The notes below the pieces were generated by a model, which did not search any database, was not told the DNA's origin, and saw nothing but the letters and a program-made list of their open reading frames with translations. 50,767 nucleotides of DNA from an uncultured Planctomycetales bacterium. Its GTDB lineage: Bacteria > Planctomycetota > Phycisphaerae > UBA1845 > CAIVHJ01. The DNA is taken from positions 1-50,767 of the forward strand of contig CAZUGO010000081.1 of the NCBI GenBank assembly GCA_964619935.1, written 5' to 3'. The translations under genes and the position numbers were made by a program. Shown here piece after piece: positions 34,871 to 45,079 of the stretch (positions are counted from its first letter, which is position 1; every line of letters starts with the position of its first letter).

Positions 34871-34894
34871 CGCCGCCGACAGTCAGGAGGACTC

Positions 34895-36049
34895 ATGATG
34901 GTGCATGGAGGCACAGGGCGGTGGTGCTGGGTCGGTGTGTTGCTGCTGCTGGCTGGTTGTGCGACCGTCAAGCCGCGTCCGAACGCATCGAAGGCCTCCG
35001 CGGTCCGCAGCGGGTTCGAGCTGGACGCGCTCCAGCCCGAGCAGGTTGAAGAGGATGGCCGGCAGGCGGAGGCCAAGAGCCAGGTGCAGTCCTATATCGA
35101 GGATCTGGCGGCCGCCGCCCCGGGCGGCGATCCTGTCCATCAACCGACCCCAACCGATTCACCATCCAATCCGCGTCAGAACCCAGCGCAGCAGGATGAT
35201 CGCGCTGAGGCGGCCAGCGCATTGTTGGAGCTGCCGGTGGTCCGGGGGCTGTCGGTGGTTGCGGTGACCGACCCGCAGCCGCCGGAACGCCCAGTAACAT
35301 CGGCGAATACACCGGCCGGCGCCGGGCTGGGATCGCAGCCGCACGCCGCCGGGCGCGACATCGAGCACCTGCAGCAGCGGATCGCCGCCAATCCAGGCGA
35401 CATCCGCGCCCGGTTGAAGCTGCGTTACCTGTACCTGTCCGAGGGGCTGACCGACAAAGCGCTGGCCGTGCCCGAGAACCTCGACCCCGAGCGCGCCGAA
35501 GTACTGTTGAAACTGATGAAGTCGGCGGTTGCGGCCGAGCAGGCACTGGCCGACCCGGGCGACCCGTCGGCCGAGGTGCTCAATGATCTGGGCCTGCTGC
35601 AGACCTGGGCGGAATCCAAGGCCGCCCTGGAGATCCCCCGACTGGCGCTCTGTGCGAGCATTCACAGCTATGGGCGCTTCGATCCGGTGCCGGCGGATTT
35701 CTTTACTGCCGGGGCTCTGGAACCCTTCCTGTTGTACTGTGAACTGCAGCACTTCAGCAGCGAACAGACTGCGGACGGACAATACCAGACCCGGATCGGT
35801 CATCGCGTGGAGTTGTTCAGCGCCGGCGGCCAATCGGTGTGGAAGGACGATCAGGACATGCACATTCAGGACACCTGTCTGAACCGCCGCCGCGACTTCT
35901 TTTTCAATCGCCTGATGTCGCTCCCCGAGGATCTGGGACCAGGTCCGTATGTGCTGAAGATCACCGTCGAAGATCGCATCGGCCGCCAGACAACCGAGGC
36001 GTCGCTGCCCCTGGAGATCAAGCCGAGTGGGTTGGCTCGCCGCGGCTGA
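34895..36049 (+). CDS. lipoprotein of unknown function
   Basis: Signal peptide with lipobox LLLAGC. AGGAGGA RBS at 34885-34891. Pro/Ala/Gln-rich linker, then a globular C-terminal domain. Confidence 0.6.
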   Translation: MMVHGGTGRWCWVGVLLLLAGCATVKPRPNASKASAVRSGFELDALQPEQVEEDGRQAEAKSQVQSYIEDLAAAAPGGDPVHQPTPTDSPSNPRQNPAQQDDRAEAASALLELPVVRGLSVVAVTDPQPPERPVTSANTPAGAGLGSQPHAAGRDIEHLQQRIAANPGDIRARLKLRYLYLSEGLTDKALAVPENLDPERAEVLLKLMKSAVAAEQALADPGDPSAEVLNDLGLLQTWAESKAALEIPRLALCASIHSYGRFDPVPADFFTAGALEPFLLYCELQHFSSEQTADGQYQTRIGHRVELFSAGGQSVWKDDQDMHIQDTCLNRRRDFFFNRLMSLPEDLGPGPYVLKITVEDRIGRQTTEASLPLEIKPSGLARRG

Positions 36050-36144
36050 GCCAACGGCATTGACACGGTGCGCTCTGTTTGGTAGGTTTGAAGCGGTGCA
36101 GTCGGATCGTGAGGAACAACCGCCGGTTGCGAGGCGCTGCGATT

Positions 36145-36582
36145 ATGGGACTCAACCCATCCAACACAACAGGGACGCCGGACCGGGTCGACGGTGACGG
36201 CCGCAAATACTTCACCGCGGAGCAAGCCAACGCGGCCTTGCCGCTGGTTCGCCGCATTGTGGGCGACATCGTGTCACAGCACCGCACGGTCATGGACCAT
36301 CATGCCCGCTTGCAGGCCCACGGTCTGAGCGACGCGGTGGTTGAGCGGGTCGATGGGGCGCGTCTGCTCGCCGCCGACCGTCTCAATGAACTGGTCACCG
36401 AACTGCACGACGTGGGCTGCGAACTCAAGGACTGGGAAACCGGCTTGGTCGATTTCCCGGCGCAGATGAACGGCCGCGAGGTATGTCTGTGCTGGAAGCT
36501 GGGGGAGTCGCAGGTCGCCTTCTGGCACGAAGTTCGCGCCGGATTCTCCGGCCGCCAGGCCTTGGCCGCCGCGGAGCAGTAG
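36145..36582 (+). CDS. DUF2203-like protein
   Basis: Start MGLNPSN. FTAEQANAALPLVRRIVGDI resembles the DUF2203 N-terminal motif (FTLEEAN.LLP). Confidence 0.55.
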   Translation: MGLNPSNTTGTPDRVDGDGRKYFTAEQANAALPLVRRIVGDIVSQHRTVMDHHARLQAHGLSDAVVERVDGARLLAADRLNELVTELHDVGCELKDWETGLVDFPAQMNGREVCLCWKLGESQVAFWHEVRAGFSGRQALAAAEQ

Positions 36583-36754
36583 CCGCAGGTTCCCGTTCAT
36601 TCATTTTAAGTAAGCGCCTGCCGGGCCTTCCAGGCGTCGAGTTGGGTTGCGGGCCAGCGCCCGATTTGTCGCGCATCGCTTCCTGTTGCCGGCCTTGCTG
36701 CGGCAGAACCATGACCTCGGCCGGCCGACTCCACCCATTGATCAGCGGGAGCCT

Positions 36755-37906
36755 TCAGTCCAGCCATTCCTTCTGGTTCTTCAACTTGCGCGGCAGATAC
36801 TCGGCGGTCAGGAAGGTCAGGCTCTTGCTGATCAGGGCTTCCACCTCCATCTTGAAGCCATTCTTGATCATCTGCTTGATTTCCTTTTCCCAGGGCTTTT
36901 TGCCCTTGAACCAGGGGTAGGCCAGAATCTGGCGGTTCCGCCTGATGTCGTTGGCGTCCAGGTCCAGCTTGACATCGTCGCTCAAGCCGCAGCGCTCATA
37001 ATCGAAGCTGGACACGCCGATGAACCGGGCCCCCGGGATGGCCATGCGCTGGGACTCGAACGCCAGGTTGATGGAACCCTGTTTGATCACCGAGTAGATG
37101 TAATAGCCCCAGGGGTCGTTATCCAACAGTACGTAGACCGGCAGCTTGAGTTCGTGGTGCAGGCGGTACAGCAGCCGGCGGACCCCGCGGGGCGGCTGAC
37201 CCCCGCCGTGGGTCAAGATGCAATGGTGGCCCTGCCAGAACTTGTCTTCGACAAAGCGCCGCCAGACCGTGCCCTTCTCGACGTGGAGCACGAACTTGGC
37301 CCGGCACTTCTTGAACTGGATGACATGCGGTTCGACGATGCTGGGGATGGCGTAGCCGCCGCTGCCCAACTGTGAAGCGTCGATCAGGTCGCCGGAGTCG
37401 ACGAACTGCAGTTCACCGATCAGGGCGCCCTTGCTGTCGGCGAAGACGTGCAGCTCCTCACGGAGGGCCCCGGTGGTGACCTCCAGATCCTCCAGAATCG
37501 GGTCGGATTCAGACTGGTCGTCGAAGGTCTTCTCGGAGGTGCCTCTGATGGTGTGCTTGGCCATGTAGTAAATCTGCCGGATGCTGGCCGACTTGCCGGC
37601 GTCGATCAGGTCTTTGCACTTGGAGGCCACCAGCAGCGTCTGCATGAAGCGCTTGGCTTGCCCGTAGTTGAAGAAGCTGCGCTGCTGCTTGCCGCCGCCC
37701 ATTTCAATGACCTTGGACTTGGGGTTGAACCGGACGTTGCTCAAGGATCGCAGTGGAATGTCGATGGCCGGGTCGTTGCCGCGGGAGGCCATGGTCACCA
37801 CCCGGCCGGCCAAGTCGTCCAGAAGGGTGCCGGCCTGATCCCTGTTCGCGGCTTTCCGGCCGGCGGCGCTGCTCTGCTTTCGAGACGTGCTTTTCTTCTG
37901 GGCCAA
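36755..37906 (-). CDS. top6A: DNA topoisomerase VI subunit A (Spo11/Top6A homologue)
   Basis: Winged-helix catalytic region (IRQIYYM...), Toprim region LPVYVLLDNDPWGYYIYSVIKQGS. TTG start at 37906 with AGGAG 7 nt upstream. Lys/Arg-rich N-terminal 25 aa. Confidence 0.88.
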   Translation of the reverse strand: MAQKKSTSRKQSSAAGRKAANRDQAGTLLDDLAGRVVTMASRGNDPAIDIPLRSLSNVRFNPKSKVIEMGGGKQQRSFFNYGQAKRFMQTLLVASKCKDLIDAGKSASIRQIYYMAKHTIRGTSEKTFDDQSESDPILEDLEVTTGALREELHVFADSKGALIGELQFVDSGDLIDASQLGSGGYAIPSIVEPHVIQFKKCRAKFVLHVEKGTVWRRFVEDKFWQGHHCILTHGGGQPPRGVRRLLYRLHHELKLPVYVLLDNDPWGYYIYSVIKQGSINLAFESQRMAIPGARFIGVSSFDYERCGLSDDVKLDLDANDIRRNRQILAYPWFKGKKPWEKEIKQMIKNGFKMEVEALISKSLTFLTAEYLPRKLKNQKEWLD

Positions 37907-37915
37907 GGCGGGCTC

Positions 37916-39820
37916 CTATCGGCGGCGGCGCCGGGCGCGGCGCGGTTTTGGGCTGGAGGCGGCCGGCTCGCCCAGCAGATCGTGCTGCGGGCCTGGCGCG
38001 GCGGGGCGCTCGACCACGATGGTGTTGGCCAGTTGCGGCGGGTCGGCCACGGGGCGGTCGATGCGCTTGCCGTGCTCGTCGAATTCCATGTCGGCGGCGG
38101 CGGTGAACCGGCGGGCCAGATCCACCAGGTTCCCGCGAAAACGGGCGGCATCGATGGTCCGGATGGAGCCCACGGCGCTGACCAGTTCGTCGATGTAGCG
38201 CGTGAACACGTCCCGGCGGGTGGCATACGCCTGGCGCTTGCGCTTGCGCTGCAACAGCACGCCGAGCCGCCGCCCGCACTCCTGGACGGCCAGCTTGATT
38301 TCCTTGCGGATTTCATCGTAGTCGGCCACCGCTTCCTTGGATTCGGAGGTAAACGGCACCCAGACGCTGGCGATGTGCAGCAGAATCAGCAGGGGACCGC
38401 TGGGCAAGGACCCGCGGGACTGCGAGACGCCGTAGTGACCCCACTTGGTATCGAGCACGCTCTTGAACATGCAGCAGGCGGACTGCTGGTAGAGCAGCGG
38501 CACGCGGTTGGCGAAGCGGAGCACGCGGGCTTGCCCGGGCTCGGTGCTCTTGCCGTTCTGGCCGTCGTCGTCGTTGCGATCGGGTCCGAGGTTGCCGCCG
38601 TAGGCCAGGCCGACCTCGATCTGGAAGGGATTGCCGCGATAGACCGCCGGCGGGCGGGTGCTGGCGGTGTAAAACTCGGCCTGGATGCCCTGCAGCATTC
38701 CCGACAGAATGTGCTCGGCGCCGATGGGGGCCAGGCAGTTGGTCGGCGGCGCCATCAGGCGCGTTTTCTGAAGTGCCTGGTACACCCGCTCGAGGTCGCT
38801 GCCCTGCAGCCGGCCGACGGTGGTTCTGCTGGTCAAGCCCGCCGCCTTGCAGACCTGGTCGGCCACCCGGGCACTGACCCGCGAGAAGTCCTTCTGCAAG
38901 AAGCCGCTGAGGGACTTGGCGGCGGTGTCGTCCAGCATTTTGATCATGGTGCCCAGTTCCACGCCGTGCGGATGCGGCTTGATCTCGACCGGGTTGTGCG
39001 GCAACGCTTCCACGCTGCGCGGATACTCCACCACCGCGTCGGTCGGCGACTTGTAGATGAAGTGGGCGTGCGGGTTGGCGATGGCGGTCTGGAGCATGTA
39101 TTCGTCGACCGACTGGCGGCCCTTGATGTAGCTGGCCACCAGTTCGATGGTCACCTCGGTGCCGTGGTCCCAATCGACGTCCGCCGGCTCCTCCTTGATG
39201 ATCTCCGGTTTGTTCTTCTTGGTGTCGATCTGAATCTGGTAGTGGTGGGCCTGCTGCTGCCGGGCGATCCGCGAGGTGACGTGGATCGGGCGCCCGGTGG
39301 TCAACAAGCCGTACATGCCGGCCGCCGAGATGCCGATGCCCTGCTGCCCGCGGGACATCTTCAGGCGGTGAAACTTGGAGCCGTACAGCAGCTTGCCGAA
39401 GATGTTGGGAATCTGTTGCTTGACGATCCCGGGTCCATTGTCGCGCACCGTCACACGATAGCGCTCGTCATCGAGTTGGTGCAGCAGCACCTCCAGGCGC
39501 GGCAGGATCAGGGCTTCCTCGCAGGCATCGAGGCTGTTGTCGACGGCCTCCTTGACGGTGGTCAGCAGGGCCTTGCGCTTGTTGTCAAATCCCAGCAGGT
39601 GGCGATTCTTGGCAAAAAACTCGGAGATGGAAATCTCACGCTGGGCCGCCGCCATGCTCTCCGCGGTGGCCCCGCGGGCCGGCCGCGAGGCCGGCCGCGC
39701 CGCAGAGGGCGTGGGCTTGGCGTGTGCACGAGGGGCCGGCCCAGGCCGGCCAGCGGCGCCGAACGACAGGTCCAACTGACGTGATGATTGCTTGGCTTTC
39801 TTCGCAGGGCTGCGCGCCAT
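37916..39820 (-). CDS. top6B: DNA topoisomerase VI subunit B (GHKL ATPase plus transducer)
   Basis: Bergerat-fold motifs EAVDNSLDA (N-box), VRDNGPGI (G1), GQQGIGISAAG (G2), then a transducer domain. ATG at 39820 with GAGGAAG upstream. ~55-aa basic/Pro-Ala-rich N-terminal extension. C-terminal PKPRRARRRRR. Confidence 0.88.
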   Translation of the reverse strand: MARSPAKKAKQSSRQLDLSFGAAGRPGPAPRAHAKPTPSAARPASRPARGATAESMAAAQREISISEFFAKNRHLLGFDNKRKALLTTVKEAVDNSLDACEEALILPRLEVLLHQLDDERYRVTVRDNGPGIVKQQIPNIFGKLLYGSKFHRLKMSRGQQGIGISAAGMYGLLTTGRPIHVTSRIARQQQAHHYQIQIDTKKNKPEIIKEEPADVDWDHGTEVTIELVASYIKGRQSVDEYMLQTAIANPHAHFIYKSPTDAVVEYPRSVEALPHNPVEIKPHPHGVELGTMIKMLDDTAAKSLSGFLQKDFSRVSARVADQVCKAAGLTSRTTVGRLQGSDLERVYQALQKTRLMAPPTNCLAPIGAEHILSGMLQGIQAEFYTASTRPPAVYRGNPFQIEVGLAYGGNLGPDRNDDDGQNGKSTEPGQARVLRFANRVPLLYQQSACCMFKSVLDTKWGHYGVSQSRGSLPSGPLLILLHIASVWVPFTSESKEAVADYDEIRKEIKLAVQECGRRLGVLLQRKRKRQAYATRRDVFTRYIDELVSAVGSIRTIDAARFRGNLVDLARRFTAAADMEFDEHGKRIDRPVADPPQLANTIVVERPAAPGPQHDLLGEPAASSPKPRRARRRRR

Positions 39821-39961
39821 CCTGGCTTCCTCAACTCCGGCACCATCATATGGTTTTTGCCCCCTAGATCAAGGCGATCGCGGCACCGTGCCGCGGCGAC
39901 CCGCACCCGCAGCGCCGCGAATCCGCGGAGGCGAATCGCCGTGACCGGCGCCACCAGGTGA

Positions 39962-41467
39962 CTACTTGACGGTTGCCGTGGGGGGGCGAAGGATGGTTGC
40001 GAACATCGGGCGAATGGCGGCACGATAGAGCGTATGGCTCATGCCCGGCACGACCATGACCTCGGCGTCACTCCCCAGCCGCGCGAGCGTGGTTTGGAGA
40101 TTGCGCACTGCGCCGTCCAGCAGAAACTGATCGTCCTCGCCGGCAAAGATGTGCAGTTTTCCTGCGAGTTGCGGGCCCAGTGTTGGCCAGCGCTGTTCGA
40201 GGATTAATCGGATGTCGAATGGTTTCCAAGCGGTCGCCACTCGCGGATCGACCGCCCCACTGTTGCGGTCGAACAGCGCCTGGGGTTGCCCGTCGAGGCC
40301 TCGCGGGCTGAACGCCGCCTCGAAGGAGTGGATCTGGCCGCCCGGACCCAGGGCGGTTTCCATGTCCACAAACTCCCGGTAGTGCAGCAGCACCTGTTCG
40401 CCGCGGCGGGCCAATGGCCGGGCCAGATCCCGGGCGTCGTGGAACATGTTGACCCCGGGTGCATAGAGGTCGATCCGCTGGAAGTCGCGAAAGTCCACCG
40501 GGTCGGGCACATGGGCCCAGCAGCCGTGGAACGACTGCGGGTAGGTGATCTGCAGCCACAGGCTGCTCCAGCCGCCGGAGGATACCCCGGTCACGTAGCG
40601 CTGCCCGCCGTCTTGGGGGCCGCGAAACCGGTGTTCGATGTCCGGAATGAGTTCGTCGATCAAGGCCCGTCCCCAGGGCCCGTTGTTGGCCGAGTCGACG
40701 AAGACGTGGTGCCCGCGATAACAACTGGGGTCAGGCACCACCACGAGCACGTTGCCGGCCTCCGGAGCGGCCGAATCGAGAATCCGCGCCAGCCGGTCGG
40801 CAAATCGGTGGGTGCTGCCGAAACTCCCGATCCAGTACAGCGCCGGGTAGCGCCGCTGGAGGTGGGCGGCCCAGCCATCCGGCAGGATGACGGCATAGCG
40901 CATCTTCATCGGCCGGCCGTGGAAGGCGCTGAGCAAGGGGCTGGACAGCTCGCCGAAACGCACCCGGCCGTGGTCGACCGGCGGTTCGTCCCGGACCACC
41001 TGATCCAATCGCAGGCGAATCGTGCCGCTGCTTTGGGGATCGAGGGTCAAGGTCTGGACGCTGCTGTACAGGTCGCCAGCGCCCTGGCCGGGCACCGGGC
41101 AGTCGCGGCTGCGGCGGGCCACAGCCTGCACCTGGTAGGCGCCCGCCGGCAAGCTGGCGATCGGTTCGGGAAAGGCGTCGGCTTCCTGGTCGAGTGTGGC
41201 CACCGGATCCGGGCCGGACAGGTCGACATCGCGGGCAATGATCCGCGGCGGCCGAAACCAGTCCTGGACTCGCAGACGCGGTTCACGGCCGGGGCGCTCG
41301 CTCAGCAAGACGTACACCCGTCCCTGGAAGGGGCCCGGCTGCAGGTCGCCGTCGAGCCGCAGCTCAAACCGCAGTGCCGCCGCAGGTGAGGGCTCGGGGC
41401 GCGATTCGCCCGGCAGCAGGGCCAGGCCCACCAACAGCACCGCCCGGCACATTGCGTCCACAATCAT
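39962..41467 (-). CDS. secreted putative esterase (alpha/beta hydrolase, enterochelin-esterase-like)
   Basis: Signal peptide MCRAVLLVGLALLPG. GVSSGG nucleophile-elbow (GxSxG). C-terminal esterase-family region. Confidence 0.7.
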   Translation of the reverse strand: MIVDAMCRAVLLVGLALLPGESRPEPSPAAALRFELRLDGDLQPGPFQGRVYVLLSERPGREPRLRVQDWFRPPRIIARDVDLSGPDPVATLDQEADAFPEPIASLPAGAYQVQAVARRSRDCPVPGQGAGDLYSSVQTLTLDPQSSGTIRLRLDQVVRDEPPVDHGRVRFGELSSPLLSAFHGRPMKMRYAVILPDGWAAHLQRRYPALYWIGSFGSTHRFADRLARILDSAAPEAGNVLVVVPDPSCYRGHHVFVDSANNGPWGRALIDELIPDIEHRFRGPQDGGQRYVTGVSSGGWSSLWLQITYPQSFHGCWAHVPDPVDFRDFQRIDLYAPGVNMFHDARDLARPLARRGEQVLLHYREFVDMETALGPGGQIHSFEAAFSPRGLDGQPQALFDRNSGAVDPRVATAWKPFDIRLILEQRWPTLGPQLAGKLHIFAGEDDQFLLDGAVRNLQTTLARLGSDAEVMVVPGMSHTLYRAAIRPMFATILRPPTATVK

Positions 41468-41518
41468 CGGCGATCTTTACGGGGTGAGTGGGGGGCGTCC
41501 GGCCGGGTTCCGCAAGGG

Positions 41519-41860
41519 TCAGCCATCCGCCTCCAGGGTGGTGGTGATTTTCAGCGACGCGAATTGTCCGACGTAGAGTTCGCCACGTTCCTTGTGCGTG
41601 ACCAGCAGGACCGCCGTCCCGCTGACGTGGGCCTCGCGCATCCTCTGAATCGCGTGCGCTGGATTCAGCGGGGTGATCATCAGAATGGCCCGGACCACGT
41701 CCTCCATGGTGTTGACCTCGTCGTTGTGCAGAATGACCTTGTACGGCGGCAACTGCCGGCTCTTGGGCTTGCTGTGCGCCGGGCGCGGACGCCTCTGAAC
41801 GGCGGTGTCCACCGGTCCATCGGCAGTGTTCGCGCTTGCCGCTTCGTGTGGTTCGGGCAT
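41519..41860 (-). CDS. clpS: ATP-dependent Clp protease adaptor ClpS
   Basis: Core YKVILHNDEVNTMEDVV...VHSGTAVLLVTHKERGE is canonical ClpS. No clpA follows in this window. Confidence 0.9.
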   Translation of the reverse strand: MPEPHEAASANTADGPVDTAVQRRPRPAHSKPKSRQLPPYKVILHNDEVNTMEDVVRAILMITPLNPAHAIQRMREAHVSGTAVLLVTHKERGELYVGQFASLKITTTLEADG

Positions 41861-41964
41861 GACGGGTCATCCTATTTGCCAGCGGGACCGTTCCATTATA
41901 AATTGTATCCTCGTCAGCTTTCAAGGCTTGATCTGGCAACGGCCTTTTTCAAGGGAGGCATCCC

Positions 41965-42423
41965 ATGGTCGACAAGGTGACTCAGTTTTCGGTGTTCATG
42001 ATCAACAAGCCGGGCGTGTTGCAGCAGGTTTGCCAGGAGCTGGCTCACGCCAAGGTCAACATCATCGCCCTGACCATGATGGATTCGATGGAGCACGGCG
42101 TGCTGCGGATCGTGTCGGATCACGCGGCCAAGACGCGGGACGTGCTCAAGCACCTGGGTGTGCCCATTTCGGAGACGGATGTGTTGTCAGTGGGGATGCC
42201 CAACAACCCCGGTGCAATGGCGGACATCTGCACCCGGTTGGCGGAATCCAAGTGCCGGGTGAGCTATGCCTACTGCACTTCGGGAACCAAAGGGGGCAAG
42301 ACCATTGGGATCTTCAAGGTGGCCAACGTCGAGCGGGCCACCAAGATGCTGGCGGTGACTCCGGTCAAGCGCCGCAAGGAGGCCCAGATCCGCCGGCCGG
42401 CAAGCAGCGCCTACCGCCGCTGA
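41965..42423 (+). CDS. ACT-domain (amino-acid-binding) protein
   Basis: Two ACT-like beta-alpha-beta-beta-alpha-beta segments (FSVFMINKPGVLQQVCQELA...). AAGGGAGG RBS at 41951-41958. Confidence 0.7.
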   Translation: MVDKVTQFSVFMINKPGVLQQVCQELAHAKVNIIALTMMDSMEHGVLRIVSDHAAKTRDVLKHLGVPISETDVLSVGMPNNPGAMADICTRLAESKCRVSYAYCTSGTKGGKTIGIFKVANVERATKMLAVTPVKRRKEAQIRRPASSAYRR

Positions 42424-42436
42424 TCGTGGGGTTCGC

Positions 42437-43255
42437 TCAGGCGACCAGCTCCTGGTTGGACAGCGCCGCGAAGCGTTGTCGCAAGCGACTGAGCACGTCC
42501 TTGTGGATCTGGCTGACCCGGGACTCCGAGAGGTCCAGCACCAGCCCGATTTCGGCCATGGTCAGTTCTTCATAGTAGTACAGGATGACCACCAGGCGCT
42601 CTTCGCGGGTCAAGCCGCGGGTGATGTAGTCGGTCAGCAGTTCGCGGGACACTTTGGACGACGGGTCCACCTGGCGGGTGTCGCCGACATCCCAGCCGAC
42701 CGACCGGCCGCGGCCGTCGGTCTCGGGCTCCATGGCGCTGAAGTGAACTTCCTTGCCCAACTGCGACAGCCGCGAGAGGTGTTCGTAACGGGCCACGCTG
42801 ATGTTCATGCGCTTGGCGATTTCAGCACCTGTCGGCGGACGACCGAGTTCCGAGTCCAGCAGTTCCTTGGCGTGCATGCGCTTCTTCTCGAAGGTGCGGA
42901 CCGTGCGCGACTGCGAATCCAGGCTGCGCAGCCAGTCCATGACCGCGCCGGTGATGCGCTGCTGGCAGAAGGTTTCGAACTTGGCTTGCCGCGAGGGATC
43001 GTAGGCCTCGACGGCTTCGATCAAGCCGTCGAACGCGGCGCTGCAGATTTCATCGTAGGTAATCTGCACCGGCAGCTTGCGGGTCAGCCGCGACGCGTGG
43101 GCATAGACCAACGGGCTGTGGAACTCGACGATCTTGTTGCGCGTTCGGACGTCGCGCCGCGACAGGTAGCGCGTCCAGAGACTGGTGATTTCGGGTTGAG
43201 CCTTCAGGGCAGAACGTTTGGCAGGCGAGATTTCTGTGCTGTTCGCCTTTTTCAT
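42437..43255 (-). CDS. fliA: sigma-70 family sigma factor, FliA/sigma-28 group
   Basis: Region 2 (LVYAHASRL), region 3, and region 4 HTH (LTMAEIGLVLDLSESRVSQIH). Start MKKANST at ATG 43255 with AAGGAG 8 nt upstream. Confidence 0.85.
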   Translation of the reverse strand: MKKANSTEISPAKRSALKAQPEITSLWTRYLSRRDVRTRNKIVEFHSPLVYAHASRLTRKLPVQITYDEICSAAFDGLIEAVEAYDPSRQAKFETFCQQRITGAVMDWLRSLDSQSRTVRTFEKKRMHAKELLDSELGRPPTGAEIAKRMNISVARYEHLSRLSQLGKEVHFSAMEPETDGRGRSVGWDVGDTRQVDPSSKVSRELLTDYITRGLTREERLVVILYYYEELTMAEIGLVLDLSESRVSQIHKDVLSRLRQRFAALSNQELVA

Positions 43256-43423
43256 CACAACACTCCTTTGTTGATCCGAAGAAGAGCCGGAGGCGGGGGC
43301 CTTGATCCGCATCAAAACCCCTCAAGCCGGTGGTGAACCGTGCGTACGGCACGACGATTTGAAATGGCGGGTTCGTGAACTGCAATGCTGTCAGACCTCC
43401 TTGTCCAACGGGCGTGGATCAGT

Positions 43424-43452
43424 ATATAGCCAAAATATCCGGAATGTGCAAA
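43424..43452 (-). promoter_or_regulatory. sigma-70-like promoter for fliA with ~160-nt leader
   Basis: On the minus strand: TTGCAC (43452-43447), 17-nt spacer, TATATA (43429-43424). Located in the 310-bp gap upstream of fliA. Confidence 0.4.
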
Positions 43453-43566
43453 GTCGTTTTCGGCGAATTGAACAGATTTTGTGCTTCGGCGGGCGCGCCG
43501 GGCGGCAGCGTGCTGAAAACTTTTCACAGGGCGGATCGCGTTTTCAGTGCTGATATCGGCGATCGA

Positions 43567-44832
43567 TCACGGCTTCTCGATGAGCAGCGCGATGTTGATC
43601 AGGATTGACACCGTCAGCGCGATTCCCAGAATCCAGACCAACACCCAGTTCAGGTTGCCGCCGTTCTTGTCGGCATCGTCGATCATCAGCGCCGGCATGG
43701 AGACGGTCTCGCCACCAATGGCCAGTTCCTGCAGCACGTTGTGATCGTACTTGCTGCGCGCGATCAACGGCGGTTCGCCTTTCTTGATCGCTTCGAGATC
43801 GATCAACAAATCCTTGGTGCTGGTGTAGCGGTCTTCGCGCTTCTTGGCCATCAAGACCTCGATGACTTCACCGACGCCGGCGGTCAATGACGTGTTCAAG
43901 TGATCCGGTGGAACCAACGGCTGCTTGAGATGTTTGTGCATGACCGCCGACGGTGTGTTGCCTTCGAAGGGAACCTTGCCGGTGACCATGTGGTAGAAGG
44001 TGGCGCCCAGTGAATAAATGTCGGCGCGGAAGTCGATGTTCACCTCGCCGCGGATCTGTTCGGGACTGATGTAGTACGGCGTGCCGTAGGCCCGTCCGGC
44101 CTCGGCCATGGCCGCTTCCATGTCACTCATCTCGCGGGCCAGACCCATGTCGGCCAGTTTGACCACGCCCTGCTTGGTGATCATGATGTTCTTCGGCTTG
44201 ACGTCGCGATGGATGAAGCCGCGCTCGTGGGCGTGCTCCAGGGCTCGGGCGGTCTGAATGATGACGTCGATGGCCAGCGCTTCTTCATACACCTTGTTGT
44301 CGCGAAGGTCGTCCCAGACCGTCTTGCCGTCGATGTATTCCATCACGAAGTAGTGGTACCCGCCGGCCTCGCCGACGTCGATGGCCTGGACGATGTTGTT
44401 GTGGCTGAGCTTGGCGGCGGCCCGCCCTTCCTTATAGAAGCGGTTGACGAACTCCTCGTTCTCACTCATCCGCCGGGGCAGCACCTTGATGGCGACGATG
44501 CGGTCCAGGCTGAGCTGCTTGGCCTTGAACACCGTGGCCATCGCCCCCTGGCCCAGGCGGCCCAGCACCTGGAAACCCGGGATCTGCTGGGCCGGACGAT
44601 ACATGGAATCATCGCGGGAATCGTCGCTGAGCCGCTTGATCTGGCTCTCGGTGACGAAGCGGCGATCGACCAGCAGGCGGGGGACCGATACCGCCTTGCC
44701 GTTTTGCTGCAACCGCCGGGCCTCGTCGGAGCAAGCCGCCACCTCCTCGGCGGTGGCCAGCTTGTGGTCGACGATGGCACGCAGTAGCGCGTTGTCTTCC
44801 ATGGATTTACTCTTTAGCTCCGGCATGTTCAT
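43567..44832 (-). CDS. Ser/Thr protein kinase with C-terminal transmembrane anchor
   Basis: Kinase motifs GQGAMATV, AIKVL, HRDVKPKNIMI, DMG and SPEQ. C-terminal TM helix WVLVWILGIALTVSILINIALLI. Start at 44832 or 44826. Confidence 0.85.
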   Translation of the reverse strand: MNMPELKSKSMEDNALLRAIVDHKLATAEEVAACSDEARRLQQNGKAVSVPRLLVDRRFVTESQIKRLSDDSRDDSMYRPAQQIPGFQVLGRLGQGAMATVFKAKQLSLDRIVAIKVLPRRMSENEEFVNRFYKEGRAAAKLSHNNIVQAIDVGEAGGYHYFVMEYIDGKTVWDDLRDNKVYEEALAIDVIIQTARALEHAHERGFIHRDVKPKNIMITKQGVVKLADMGLAREMSDMEAAMAEAGRAYGTPYYISPEQIRGEVNIDFRADIYSLGATFYHMVTGKVPFEGNTPSAVMHKHLKQPLVPPDHLNTSLTAGVGEVIEVLMAKKREDRYTSTKDLLIDLEAIKKGEPPLIARSKYDHNVLQELAIGGETVSMPALMIDDADKNGGNLNWVLVWILGIALTVSILINIALLIEKP

Positions 44833-45079
44833 CTTGGCGGCCTGGCCAGGCCTGAGCGCCTGAAGACCTCTTTGAGCGGGTGAAGCGAGTGGGCAGTGTA
44901 CAAACACGGTTGCCCACAATCAATTGAATTAGGCACTGGCGTCCGCCCGCGGAGCCCCGGCAGGGGTCGCGAGTGCTACCGCCGGGCGACCCGAACGTCC
45001 CGGTCTGACGGGTTCCATCATTTCGCTTCGCCTAATGGAACTATAGGCGGCAAGGGGATTTATTTCCTGCGGGTTCCGG

